A DNA stretch of 64,000 bases from Chitinophagaceae bacterium (GCA_013140985.1 JABFRU010000035.1:849-64848), one strand, 5' to 3'. Shown: positions 1-8,842, counted from the stretch's first letter. Notes: generated by a model from the sequence alone, not told the origin. Numbers and translations: made by a program.

Positions 1-653
1 GCAGTAGCATAAATGGGAGTTCCCTGCGGCGCTGCAAAGTCAAGTCCCGCATGAAATTTGGTGGTTTTATAGACCGGGTCAATACGATAGCCAAAACCTG
101 ATGCGATACGATTAAGATCCTTATTACTCACTGGTTGAATGGCCGGTGTATGCGAAAGCAGTTGCTCTTTATTTTTTACAAGCTTGTCCACTTCGTCATA
201 AGATTTTTTCTGTGCCTCAATACGACTGGTCAGGTTTTTCAGCGTTGCATCAATAGCAGCTACCAGTTGGTTGTCTTTTATTCTTTCAACAGACATTATT
301 TCCAATTGATTGGCGAGTTCTTTGGCCCTGGCACTATCGGGTATGGGGTTGGCTTCAAAAATGGCCCGATAGACATCATTATCTCTTTTCTCCAGTTCCT
401 GCATTTGCTGCTGAATAGATCTTATATGATCCCTTAGCTCCCGGTAATTTTCCCGCAGGTTCGCATTTTGTTGCCGCAATATTCTTTCTTCCGGCGAACC
501 AATGAAACGGAAAGCGGCAAAAGCAATAAGACCGGCCGTAACCAATGCAGCGGCTATAAAACCAAAGATGCGCAGTAGTTTTACCCGCAAAGGTGTTTCC
601 AGCTTTTCGTAGCGGAGGGTATTGGTATTATAGTAGTACTTGATCTTTTTCAT
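1..653 (-). CDS. M23/LytM-family metallopeptidase, N-terminal part (3' end runs off the window)
   Basis: Not in the ORF track. My reverse-strand translation from ATG at 653..651 is open to position 1. It reads MKKIKYYYNTNTLRYEKLETPLRVKLLRIFGFIAAALVTAGLIAFAAF (TM helix), then a coiled-coil-like stretch, then ...NRIASGFGYRIDPVYKTTKFHAGLDFAAPQGTPIYATA. That last part is the classic M23 SGFG.R..P and H.G.D motif. Confidence 0.8.
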   Translation of the reverse strand, partial: MKKIKYYYNTNTLRYEKLETPLRVKLLRIFGFIAAALVTAGLIAFAAFRFIGSPEERILRQQNANLRENYRELRDHIRSIQQQMQELEKRDNDVYRAIFEANPIPDSARAKELANQLEIMSVERIKDNQLVAAIDATLKNLTSRIEAQKKSYDEVDKLVKNKEQLLSHTPAIQPVSNKDLNRIASGFGYRIDPVYKTTKFHAGLDFAAPQGTPIYAT

Positions 654-702
654 TGGCAAAAACCTTATCCGGCTTACCTTTGCCCCGCTTTACAGGGGAT
701 GA

Positions 703-710
703 CAAATATA
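703..710 (-). promoter_or_regulatory. Candidate Bacteroidota -7 box (TATATTTG on minus strand) upstream of the M23 peptidase gene
   Basis: Plus strand reads CAAATATA, which is TAnnTTTG on the minus strand. It lies 49 nt upstream of the ATG at 653. Motif match only. Confidence 0.3.
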
Positions 711-804
711 GCCCCATAAACCGCAAAAATCAACCTGTTCATAAGGGAGATTTTATTATAAAAGAAGCAGATTTTTTATGTTAGAAACAGTAGTAATACT
801 ATCC

Positions 805-908
805 GGGAATGGTGAATCGTCAATTGTGAATAGGGTTGTCGGACTTATTCACGATTCACGATTGACGATTGACGGCTCACTATTCACCATTCACTATTCA
901 CTATTCAC
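805..908. repeat. Tandem heptamer array with inverted arm (alaS leader)
   Basis: Nine back-to-back 7-mers occupy 846..908: tattcac gattcac gattgac gattgac ggctcac tattcac cattcac tattcac tattcac. The array ends 3 nt before the alaS ATG. Four inverted copies (gggaatg gtgaatc gtcaatt gtgaata) lie at 805..832. 812..831 pairs with 854..873 at 18/20 positions. Confidence 0.9.
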
Positions 909-911
909 TTT

Positions 912-3632
912 ATGATGACCAGCGCAGAAATAAGAAAGGCTTTCCTCGATTTTTTCCATTCCAAAGGACATGATATTGTTCCATCGGCTCCTATTGTAGT
1001 AAAGAATGATCCTACGCTGATGTTCACCAATGCAGGTATGAACCAGTTCAAAGATTATTTTCTTGGGAATAAAAAACCAACCCATCCAAGAGTGGCCGAT
1101 ACACAAAAATGTTTACGGGTTAGCGGCAAGCATAATGACCTCGAAGAAGTGGGAGTGGATACGTATCATCATACCATGTTCGAAATGCTGGGCAACTGGA
1201 GCTTTGGTGATTATTTTAAAAAGGAAGCCATCGAATGGAGTTGGGAACTATTGACCAAGGTATATGGGCTTGACAAAAACAGGCTGTACGTTACTATTTT
1301 TGAAGGGGATGCAAAAGAAGGGCTGCCACGGGATGAAGAAGCTTATAATGAATGGAAAAAATATGTACCGGAAGACAGGATAATAAACGGCAATAAGAAA
1401 GATAATTTCTGGGAGATGGGCGATACAGGTCCCTGTGGCCCCTGTACAGAGATACATTATGATACCCGTCCCGAAGCGAATAATGATGGACATTCAAGAG
1501 TGAATAACGATGATACGGGAATGGTGATGGAGATATGGAATAATGTATTCATCCAGTTCAACAGGAAGAAAGATGGGACACTGGAACCATTACCAGCCAA
1601 ACATGTGGACACAGGAATGGGATTGGAAAGATTGGTAAGAGTGATACAGGGAAAGGTTTCTAATTATGATACGGATGTATTTACAGGAACGATGGCTGAA
1701 GTTGAAAAGATAACGGGTAAAAAGTATGATTACAGTGATAGCAAACAAGCTATATCGTTCAGAGTTATTGCGGATCATATAAGGGCTATCTCTTTTACAA
1801 TTGCTGATGGACAATTACCATCCAATACCGGAGCAGGTTATGTAATAAGAAGAGTATTGAGAAGAGCGGTTCGTTATTATTATTCTTATCTCGATTATAA
1901 GCAACCGTTGCTTACTCAATTAGTGCCGGTACTGGCAAAGCAATTTGAAAATGTTTTTCCTGAATTGTATAAGCAGGTTGATTTTGTAAGTAAGGTGGTG
2001 AAGGAGGAGGAGGATGGATTTTTAAGAACACTAGGTCGAGGAATTGTTTTGTTTAATAACTATTCCAAGGAAGCAGTAAGTAAAATAAGAGGTGATGTTA
2101 GTGGAAGGGAAGAGGATGATTTAACAATAGATATTGGCATTCAATCAAAATACTTTGAGCAGCGCAAGAAAAAAGAAATTGCAGGGGGATTTGCTTTTGA
2201 ATTAAATGATACCTATGGATTTCCTATTGACCTTACTCAGTTAATGGCAAAAGAGATAGGCTGGACAGTTGATATGCATGGATTTAATGAAGAACTTAAA
2301 AAACAAAAAGATCGTAGCCGAGCTGCTACCGCTGTTGATGCTGATGACTGGATCATTGTAAAAGAGGGTAGCAACAAATTTGTTGGTTACGATTCTCTCG
2401 AAACCGATACACAAGTTCTCAGATACCGGAAAGTAAAAGCCAAAGGAAAAGAAGCTTATCAAATTGTTTTAGATAGAACTCCTTTCTACGCTGAAAGCGG
2501 AGGACAAGTAGGAGATAGCGGAGTCTTGATTCTCCCTTCTCCGGCAGGAGAAGGGTCGGGGATGAGGCTAAACGTTCTCGATACAAAAAAAGATAACGAT
2601 CTGATCATTCATTTTACAGAGTCATCTCCAGAAAATCTAACGGGCACACTGATCGCTAAAGTAGATGCTTCAAAAAGAAAGAATACTGAACTGCATCACT
2701 CTGCTACTCATCTTTTGCATGCTGCATTAAGAAAAGTATTAGGTAATCATGTTGCACAAAAGGGTTCATTGGTAAATGAAGAACATCTTCGGTTTGACTT
2801 TTCTCATTTTGCCAAAGTAACAGATGAAGAGATAGCCCTGGTAGAAGCATTGGTCAATGAAAAGATAAGAGAGAATATTCCCGTCGTCATCAAAGAAATG
2901 CCGAAGGACGAAGCAATGAAGTTGGGTGCGATGGCTTTGTTCGGAGAAAAATACGGCGATGTGGTAAGAGTGGTGATCATTGACCCTAATTATTCTGTTG
3001 AATTATGCGGCGGCACACATGTCGGCGCAACAGGTGAATTGGGCTTATTTAAAATCACCAGTGAAGCAGCCGTAGCTGCCGGTGTTCGAAGGGTAGAAGC
3101 TATTTGCGGCAAGCAAGCAGAGGATCACATAAATGAGCAATTCGCTTTAATTAGTGTAATTCGTGACGCATTAAAGAATCCAAAAGATATTCAGAAATCA
3201 ATTGAGAATCTGCAAGCTGAAAATGCAGAATTGAAAAAACATGTGGATGCAATGGAAGCAAGGCAACTCGTTGCCATCCGCAACGAACTTTTGCAAAAAG
3301 ATGAGATCATCAACGGAGTGAATTTTATTGGCGATATCGTTGAAGTAAGCAATGCTGACGCATTAAAGAAGCTTTGCTTTGATCTCAAGCATCATCTCCG
3401 GGATCATGTAGCGGTACTATGTGTTAATCTCGGCGGTAAACCATTTGTGGCTGTCGGCATTTCCGAGACAGTTGTTGCCGCAAAAAATCTGGATGCCGGA
3501 AAGATCATTAAAGAAAAAGTGGCGCCATTAATAAAAGGCGGCGGTGGCGGACAAAAAACATTGGCCACAGCAGGTGGACAGGAACCCGGTCAATTAAAAG
3601 AAGTGATCGAAGCGGTAAAATCATTGCTGTAA
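912..3632 (+). CDS. alaS: Alanine--tRNA ligase
   Basis: 906 aa. N-terminus MMTSAEIRKAFLDFFHSKGH..PSAPIV..DPTLMFTNAGMNQFK, then WEMGDTGPCGPCTEIHYD, the HHSATHLLHAAL editing-domain motif, and C-terminal GGGGGQ..ATAGG. It is about 30 aa longer than typical AlaRS (see findings). Confidence 0.97.
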   Translation: MMTSAEIRKAFLDFFHSKGHDIVPSAPIVVKNDPTLMFTNAGMNQFKDYFLGNKKPTHPRVADTQKCLRVSGKHNDLEEVGVDTYHHTMFEMLGNWSFGDYFKKEAIEWSWELLTKVYGLDKNRLYVTIFEGDAKEGLPRDEEAYNEWKKYVPEDRIINGNKKDNFWEMGDTGPCGPCTEIHYDTRPEANNDGHSRVNNDDTGMVMEIWNNVFIQFNRKKDGTLEPLPAKHVDTGMGLERLVRVIQGKVSNYDTDVFTGTMAEVEKITGKKYDYSDSKQAISFRVIADHIRAISFTIADGQLPSNTGAGYVIRRVLRRAVRYYYSYLDYKQPLLTQLVPVLAKQFENVFPELYKQVDFVSKVVKEEEDGFLRTLGRGIVLFNNYSKEAVSKIRGDVSGREEDDLTIDIGIQSKYFEQRKKKEIAGGFAFELNDTYGFPIDLTQLMAKEIGWTVDMHGFNEELKKQKDRSRAATAVDADDWIIVKEGSNKFVGYDSLETDTQVLRYRKVKAKGKEAYQIVLDRTPFYAESGGQVGDSGVLILPSPAGEGSGMRLNVLDTKKDNDLIIHFTESSPENLTGTLIAKVDASKRKNTELHHSATHLLHAALRKVLGNHVAQKGSLVNEEHLRFDFSHFAKVTDEEIALVEALVNEKIRENIPVVIKEMPKDEAMKLGAMALFGEKYGDVVRVVIIDPNYSVELCGGTHVGATGELGLFKITSEAAVAAGVRRVEAICGKQAEDHINEQFALISVIRDALKNPKDIQKSIENLQAENAELKKHVDAMEARQLVAIRNELLQKDEIINGVNFIGDIVEVSNADALKKLCFDLKHHLRDHVAVLCVNLGGKPFVAVGISETVVAAKNLDAGKIIKEKVAPLIKGGGGGQKTLATAGGQEPGQLKEVIEAVKSLL
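2532..2567 (+). repeat. GC-rich hairpin element embedded in-frame in alaS
   Basis: cccttctcc (2534..2542), loop ggca, ggagaaggg (2547..2555) form a perfect 9-bp stem, followed by tcggggatgagg. Translated as ..LPSPAGEGSGMR.. It has the same word style as the mreB-mreC spacer element (cccctcc gaa ggagggg ... taggggttaggggt). Confidence 0.7.
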
Positions 3633-4147
3633 TGAATGTCGTTATCGAAACAGAAAGATTATTGCTCCGCACTTTCACCCTGGATGATGCACCTCTTATT
3701 TATGATCTGAATCTTGATCCTGATGTTACCCGCTATACACTCGACCCAATGGCGGATATTGAAAAGGCAAAAGAAGTGCTGGAGAAAACTATTTTACCTC
3801 AATACGCATTATATGATCATGGCCGCTGGGCGGTGCATGTAAGACCCGGGCTTGAATTTATTGGTTGGTGCGGACTAAAGACCCGGCCTGAAATGAACGA
3901 AATTGACCTTGGCTACCGTTTCATTAAAAAGGTTTGGGGAAAGGGCTATGCTACTGAATCGGCTTATGCCTGCATCAAGTATGGCTTCGAAAACCTGGGC
4001 CTTAAAAGAATTGTTGGGCGGTCATTGCCAGCTAATGCCGCTTCCATCAGGGTGTTGGAAAAATGCGGAATGACCTATGTGGGAGAGGAAGTTATAGAAG
4101 GATTGCTGCATAAAACCTATGAAGCTTATAACCCGTTTATCCACTGA
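3632..4147 (+). CDS. GNAT family N-acetyltransferase (RimJ/RimL-like)
   Basis: 171 aa. Begins IETERLLLRTFTLDDAP.. and contains GYRF.KK.WGKGYATE. The ATG overlaps the alaS stop (TAATG). Confidence 0.85.
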   Translation: MNVVIETERLLLRTFTLDDAPLIYDLNLDPDVTRYTLDPMADIEKAKEVLEKTILPQYALYDHGRWAVHVRPGLEFIGWCGLKTRPEMNEIDLGYRFIKKVWGKGYATESAYACIKYGFENLGLKRIVGRSLPANAASIRVLEKCGMTYVGEEVIEGLLHKTYEAYNPFIH

Positions 4148-4214
4148 TTTTACCTTTGAAAACACTGTCGGCTTTTAACATTTCCGAAATATTTCGTATT
4201 TCAGAAATAGTCTT

Positions 4215-4222
4215 TATATTTG
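4215..4222 (+). promoter_or_regulatory. Candidate -7 box TATATTTG upstream of the PDZ protein gene
   Basis: TAnnTTTG match 42 nt upstream of the ATG at 4265. Motif match only. Confidence 0.35.
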
Positions 4223-4264
4223 GCTACGAAACTCAACGTAGATATTAATATAAAAACCTGTAAA

Positions 4265-5269
4265 ATGAAAAAGAATTGGTTCAAAATCGCTGCACTCTCC
4301 CTGGGTCTTGCCTTGTTTGCTCCTGTTTCATTGCTGGCGCAAAAAGAAGATAAGGACAAAGAGGTCAAAGAAAAAAAAGATGTTCAGCAGATCATCATTA
4401 CCCGTAAGAATGATAATGGGGAAAAAATTGTTATCGAAGTAAATGGTGATAAAGTGACGGTGAATGGAAAGCCGATCGAAGAGTATAAGGATAAAAATGG
4501 TGATATAAGTGTGCACACAAACAAGCTCAAATCACTGGAAGGGTTAGCAAAGATCCCGGGGATGAATGCATGGAGTTATAACGGGAATGACAACTTTGGT
4601 TTTTTCACTGAAGATGACAACCGGGCCATGCTTGGAGTAACGACAGATAAAGTGGAAGAGGGTGCAAAGATCGAAGACATTACTAAAGAAAGCGGCGCTG
4701 AAAAAGCTGGTTTAAAAGCCAATGATATTATTATTAAAGTGGATGACATAAAGATCAATGATCCGGATGAGTTGACAGCTGCTATCAAGAAACATAAACC
4801 AGGGGATAAAGTAACGATTACTTACCTGCGGGATAAAAAAGAACAAAAAACTACAGCAGAGCTTACCAAATGGAAAGGAATGGGCAATTTTAAAATGGAT
4901 ATGGGTGATATGAAGTTTGACCAGATCATGCCTAAGATATATAATACTACCCCCGGCACGCCGTTGAACAGGTATGTGCGTTCAAGTGCAACTCCCAAAC
5001 TCGGACTTTCTGTGCAGGATACTGACGATGGGAAAGGTGTAAAAGTGATCGAAGTGGATGCTGAAAGCAATGCTCAAAAAGCAGGTTTGAAAGAAGAGGA
5101 TATTATAACCGAAGTAGATGGAAAAACGGTGAACAGTACTGATGAGATAGCAAAGATCATCCGTGAGAGCAAGGATAAAGTTTCTGTAATGGTCAAATTG
5201 ACCCGCAGTGGTAAAACACAGAATGTTGAAGTGAAAATTCCCCGCAAAATAAAAACGGCTGACCTCTAA
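4265..5269 (+). CDS. Secreted protein with two PDZ domains
   Basis: The ORF-track start at 4220 is TTG. The ATG at 4265 gives MKKNWFKIAALSLGLALFAPVSLLAQ, a signal peptide. There are two PDZ-like segments (GAKIEDITKESGAEKAGLKANDIIIKVDD.. and GVKVIEVDAESNAQKAGLKEEDIITEVDG..). No protease domain is visible. Confidence 0.8.
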   Translation: MKKNWFKIAALSLGLALFAPVSLLAQKEDKDKEVKEKKDVQQIIITRKNDNGEKIVIEVNGDKVTVNGKPIEEYKDKNGDISVHTNKLKSLEGLAKIPGMNAWSYNGNDNFGFFTEDDNRAMLGVTTDKVEEGAKIEDITKESGAEKAGLKANDIIIKVDDIKINDPDELTAAIKKHKPGDKVTITYLRDKKEQKTTAELTKWKGMGNFKMDMGDMKFDQIMPKIYNTTPGTPLNRYVRSSATPKLGLSVQDTDDGKGVKVIEVDAESNAQKAGLKEEDIITEVDGKTVNSTDEIAKIIRESKDKVSVMVKLTRSGKTQNVEVKIPRKIKTADL

Positions 5270-5290
5270 ATAATTGTTTTCTCTTGAACA

Positions 5291-5319
5291 AAAGCCCCTG
5301 GTTATATACCGGGGGCTTT
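5291..5319 (+). terminator. Stem-loop after the PDZ gene
   Basis: aaagcccctgg / ttatata / ccgggggcttt, an 11-bp stem with one mismatch. The downstream T-run is weak. Confidence 0.55.
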
Positions 5320-5375
5320 AACATTTAAGCCAAAAGCCAATGAGTCAAATGGATTAATTTTACCGCCCGGTCAAT

Positions 5376-6824
5376 ATGATTGAAAAAGATCAATATGAGA
5401 TAGTGGTAGGTTTGGAAGTGCATGCGCAGTTGCTTACCCAAAGCAAATTATTTTGTGGTGATAGTATTGCTTTTGGTGCAGAACCCAATACCCATGTAAG
5501 CCCCATTACACTGGCTCACCCTGGTACATTGCCAAAAATGAACAGGACGGCGATTGAATTTGCTGTTAAGATGGGATTGGCCTGTCATTGTGAAATTGAA
5601 CAGCAAAACTATTTTGCCCGCAAAAATTATTTTTATCCTGATCTGCCGAAAGGCTTTCAGCTTTCGCAGCATACTACTCCTATTTGCAAGGGAGGATCTG
5701 TAAAAATCAGCGTTGCCGGGAAAGAGAAAAATATCAGGCTGAACAGGATACATCTTGAAGAAGATGCGGGTAAAAGCCTGCATGATGCAGATCCTGAAAA
5801 TACTTGTATTGATCTCAACCGGGCAGGCACTCCATTGATAGAAATTGTTACCGAACCTGATCTGCGAAGCGGCGAAGAAGCTTTTGCTTATCTCACAGAA
5901 ATAAGAAAGTTAGTTCGCTATCTTGAAATATGTGATGGCAATATGGAAGAAGGAAGCCTTCGATGCGATGCCAATATTTCAGTGAGAGAAAAAGGTGGAA
6001 CAAAATTGGGTACCAGGGTGGAAGTGAAAAACCTGAATTCTATCCGCAATGTGAAAAGAGCTATTGAGGCAGAGTCAAAAAGATTAATAAAGATAGTAGA
6101 ACAGGGAGGAACAATAGTTCAACAAACAAGAAGTTTCGATGCTAACAGCGGAACGAGTTTTGCGATCCGTGATAAAGAGGATGCAGATGATTACCGTTAT
6201 TTTCCTGAGCCAGATCTGCCCCCATTTCATTTACAGGATGAATTCATTGAAAGAATAAGAAAAACGATTCCTGAATTACCAGCCGAAAAGATCAAAAGAT
6301 ATGTTTCGGAATTAAATCTTTCAGAGTATGATGCTTTAGTGATTACAGATGAAAAAGTTTTTGCGGATTATTTTGAAGAACTTACAAAAATCAATAACAA
6401 GTTCAAGTCCGGCGCCAACTGGATGCTGGGCCCGGTAAAAGCATGGTTGAATGAAAATAATAAGGATATCACTGAGTTTCCTTTGCAGCCTGCGCAGCTT
6501 GCAAAACTGATAGCTCTTACTGATGATGGCAAGATCAGTTTCTCTTCTGCTTCAACTAAACTTTTTGATCATTTGATAAAAGATCCCGGTGGTGATCCGG
6601 AAAAGTTGACAGAGGAAATGAATCTTCTGCAGCAATCAGATACCTCGGCTATCCTGCCATTGGTTGATGCAGTGATCGAAAAATTTTCCAATAAAGTAGC
6701 TGAATATAAAAAAGGAAAAAAGGGATTGCTGGCTATGTTTGCAGGAGAGGTAATAAAAAGATCAAAAGGAAAAGCCGATCCCAAAGTTGTGAATGAACTT
6801 TTGCTCGAAAAATTAAAATCATAA
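5376..6824 (+). CDS. gatB: Asp-tRNA(Asn)/Glu-tRNA(Gln) amidotransferase subunit B
   Basis: 482 aa. YEIVVGLEVHAQL, NRAGTPLIEIVTEPD and GSLRCDANISV are GatB signatures. Confidence 0.97.
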   Translation: MIEKDQYEIVVGLEVHAQLLTQSKLFCGDSIAFGAEPNTHVSPITLAHPGTLPKMNRTAIEFAVKMGLACHCEIEQQNYFARKNYFYPDLPKGFQLSQHTTPICKGGSVKISVAGKEKNIRLNRIHLEEDAGKSLHDADPENTCIDLNRAGTPLIEIVTEPDLRSGEEAFAYLTEIRKLVRYLEICDGNMEEGSLRCDANISVREKGGTKLGTRVEVKNLNSIRNVKRAIEAESKRLIKIVEQGGTIVQQTRSFDANSGTSFAIRDKEDADDYRYFPEPDLPPFHLQDEFIERIRKTIPELPAEKIKRYVSELNLSEYDALVITDEKVFADYFEELTKINNKFKSGANWMLGPVKAWLNENNKDITEFPLQPAQLAKLIALTDDGKISFSSASTKLFDHLIKDPGGDPEKLTEEMNLLQQSDTSAILPLVDAVIEKFSNKVAEYKKGKKGLLAMFAGEVIKRSKGKADPKVVNELLLEKLKS

Positions 6825-6832
6825 ATAAAAGA

Positions 6833-8041
6833 ATGAAAAAGATCCTGAATGTATTGGTGTTAACTCTTATCCTCGCCTCCTGTAAGGATGGTGGAGGCAA
6901 AAGATTTGAAGTAAGTGGAACGATCATCAATAGCCCTGAAAATATCGTTTACCTCGAGGCCATACCCCTGACAAATATGGAACCGGAAAGGGTTGATTCA
7001 ATGAAACTGGATGCAAATGGCAAGTTTGTTTTAAAAACAAAAGCAAAAGAATCTTGTGCCTATCTTATACGTATCGGTAATAATAATAAGCCTCCTTTAG
7101 CAGCAGTGATCAATGATGCTTCGAAGATCAATTTGAACGTAAGTTTTGTGAAGGGGAGCACTTTTGCGGAGAACTATGAAGTATCAGGATCAAAAGCATC
7201 CGGCCAGTTAAAAGAATTCATGACAAAATTGAATACGCAGTTGCAGAAGATCTATTTTAATGTTCTGAAAGCAGACAGCCTGCGGGGAACGGAAAAGGCT
7301 GACAGTGTTGTTTTGGCATTGGAAAACGAAAATCGCCAAATAACTATTGGGTTGAAAGAGTTACTCACTACTTCGATACAGCAATCGGAGGATCCTGCAC
7401 TCACTATGTTTGAACTAGGTAATTACCAGGGTATGCAAAGAGAGCTTGTTTTTAAACTCATACCAATGACCAATGATGAGGTTTTTAAAATAATCAATGA
7501 GACAGCGGAAAAATTTCCTTCCCATTCAGGTATCCAGGCGATCAAGAAACATTGGGATATTGAAATGGCAAAAATTGAAAATCCGCCCCCGACCAGCAGC
7601 TGGGTAGGAAAACAGGCACCTGAAATTTCGCTGCCGGATGTAAATGGTAAGATGGTTACATTAAGTTCTTACAGGGGCAAATATGTACTGGTTGATTTTT
7701 GGGCAAGCTGGTGTGGACCCTGCCGCATGGAAAATCCTACTATAGTGGCTGCTTACAATAAATTCAAAGGAAGAAATTTTGATATACTTGGTGTTTCCTT
7801 TGATAACCCAGGGGAGAAAAGCAGATGGCTGGAAGCAATAGCGAATGACAAACTGGGCTGGACACAGGTAAGTGATCTGAGAGGTTGGGATAGTGCGGTA
7901 GTGCCGGTATATAATTTTAACCCTGACGGAGGCATACCTGGCATTCCTTATAATGTATTGGTGGATCCGCAAGGAAAGGTAATTGCAGAAGGGTTAAAAG
8001 GCGCTGCTCTCGATATGAAACTGGATGAAGTATTGAAGTAA
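6833..8041 (+). CDS. TlpA/ResA-family thiol:disulfide oxidoreductase lipoprotein
   Basis: 402 aa. Lipoprotein signal LILASC. The C-terminal thioredoxin fold has VLVDFWASWCGPC. It starts 8 nt after gatB. Confidence 0.9.
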   Translation: MKKILNVLVLTLILASCKDGGGKRFEVSGTIINSPENIVYLEAIPLTNMEPERVDSMKLDANGKFVLKTKAKESCAYLIRIGNNNKPPLAAVINDASKINLNVSFVKGSTFAENYEVSGSKASGQLKEFMTKLNTQLQKIYFNVLKADSLRGTEKADSVVLALENENRQITIGLKELLTTSIQQSEDPALTMFELGNYQGMQRELVFKLIPMTNDEVFKIINETAEKFPSHSGIQAIKKHWDIEMAKIENPPPTSSWVGKQAPEISLPDVNGKMVTLSSYRGKYVLVDFWASWCGPCRMENPTIVAAYNKFKGRNFDILGVSFDNPGEKSRWLEAIANDKLGWTQVSDLRGWDSAVVPVYNFNPDGGIPGIPYNVLVDPQGKVIAEGLKGAALDMKLDEVLK

Positions 8042-8116
8042 TATATATGCACAGTTGCAGATGTTTGCATCATGGTATTGTTATAGTATTCATTTTTTCA
8101 GAATAAAAAATTTATT

Positions 8117-8821
8117 ATGAAAACTATACTATTGTTTTTTTCTTTAACCGCCTTTTTTATAGGGAACACACAGGTGGTTATTAATGTAGATAATACAAGG
8201 GAACGGTTGGCCAGCAGGAATGTATTCAATACTGGTTTCCCGGTACCTAACGTAAAGTATGTCAGGCTGGTTTCAGGCTCACCTTATTTTAGCGAAACCT
8301 GGATGAAATCAGAAGTGGTTAATGATACTACAATATATAACGGGCCGGTAGTACGCCTCGACTTATTGGAAGGAACGCTTGTTTATTTGAATGATTATGG
8401 TGAGGAGTTAACCTCCGATCAGGTGTTTACTGCTGTTTCTCTTACCGATACTATTACCAGTAACAACTATCTCTTTGTTCATTCATCTTATATTGCCGGC
8501 ACATCGGCAAAAGAAAAAACCTGGTACCAATTGCTGACAGGACAGAGGATCACTCTCTTCAAACAGTATTATAAGAGAATGATGGAAACCAAGCCATTTG
8601 CATCCTCGGTAACTGAGCAAACAATAGTAACAGAAATAAGATACTTCATTGCTGTGGATGGAAAATTTAGCCGCATTAAGACTTCCGGGGATATTGCAAA
8701 TCTTGTTGTAAACAACAAACAGGCGCTGAAAGACCATGTAAAGAAAAACAACCTAAATGCAAGTGAAGAAGATCTTTTGGCCACTGTGGAGTATTACGAT
8801 ACGTTGAAAAAACATGAGTAG
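8117..8821 (+). CDS. Hypothetical secreted protein
   Basis: 234 aa with signal peptide MKTILLFFSLTAFFIGNTQ. No recognisable domain. It is a distant paralogue of 62104..62838 (shared ..PYF.E.W/Y.., ..L.Y.N/D..L.., C-terminal E.DL...V.YYN/D pattern). Confidence 0.7.
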   Translation: MKTILLFFSLTAFFIGNTQVVINVDNTRERLASRNVFNTGFPVPNVKYVRLVSGSPYFSETWMKSEVVNDTTIYNGPVVRLDLLEGTLVYLNDYGEELTSDQVFTAVSLTDTITSNNYLFVHSSYIAGTSAKEKTWYQLLTGQRITLFKQYYKRMMETKPFASSVTEQTIVTEIRYFIAVDGKFSRIKTSGDIANLVVNNKQALKDHVKKNNLNASEEDLLATVEYYDTLKKHE

Positions 8822-8842
8822 AAAAGCAGATGCATAAAAAAA

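Noticed and set aside
135-437. 100-aa plus-strand ORF from the track.
   Set aside because: It lies entirely antisense within the clearly recognisable M23 peptidase reading frame (1..653, minus strand).
805-908. Cluster of DnaA-box-like 9-mers (ttattcacg, ctattcacc/t, and tgtgaatag in reverse; consensus TTATNCACA) next to an AT-rich stretch (735..800) between divergent genes. This could be an oriC.
   Set aside because: The matches are by-products of a strict 7-nt tandem periodicity. Arrays of the same architecture but unrelated sequence occur at seven other loci in the window. No dnaA or other origin-linked genes are nearby, and gene orientation switches again at 8.9 kb. A cumulative GC-skew analysis of the whole genome would settle it.
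846-908. CRISPR array.
   Set aside because: The units are 7-8 nt and directly tandem with no spacers. No cas genes are present anywhere in the window.
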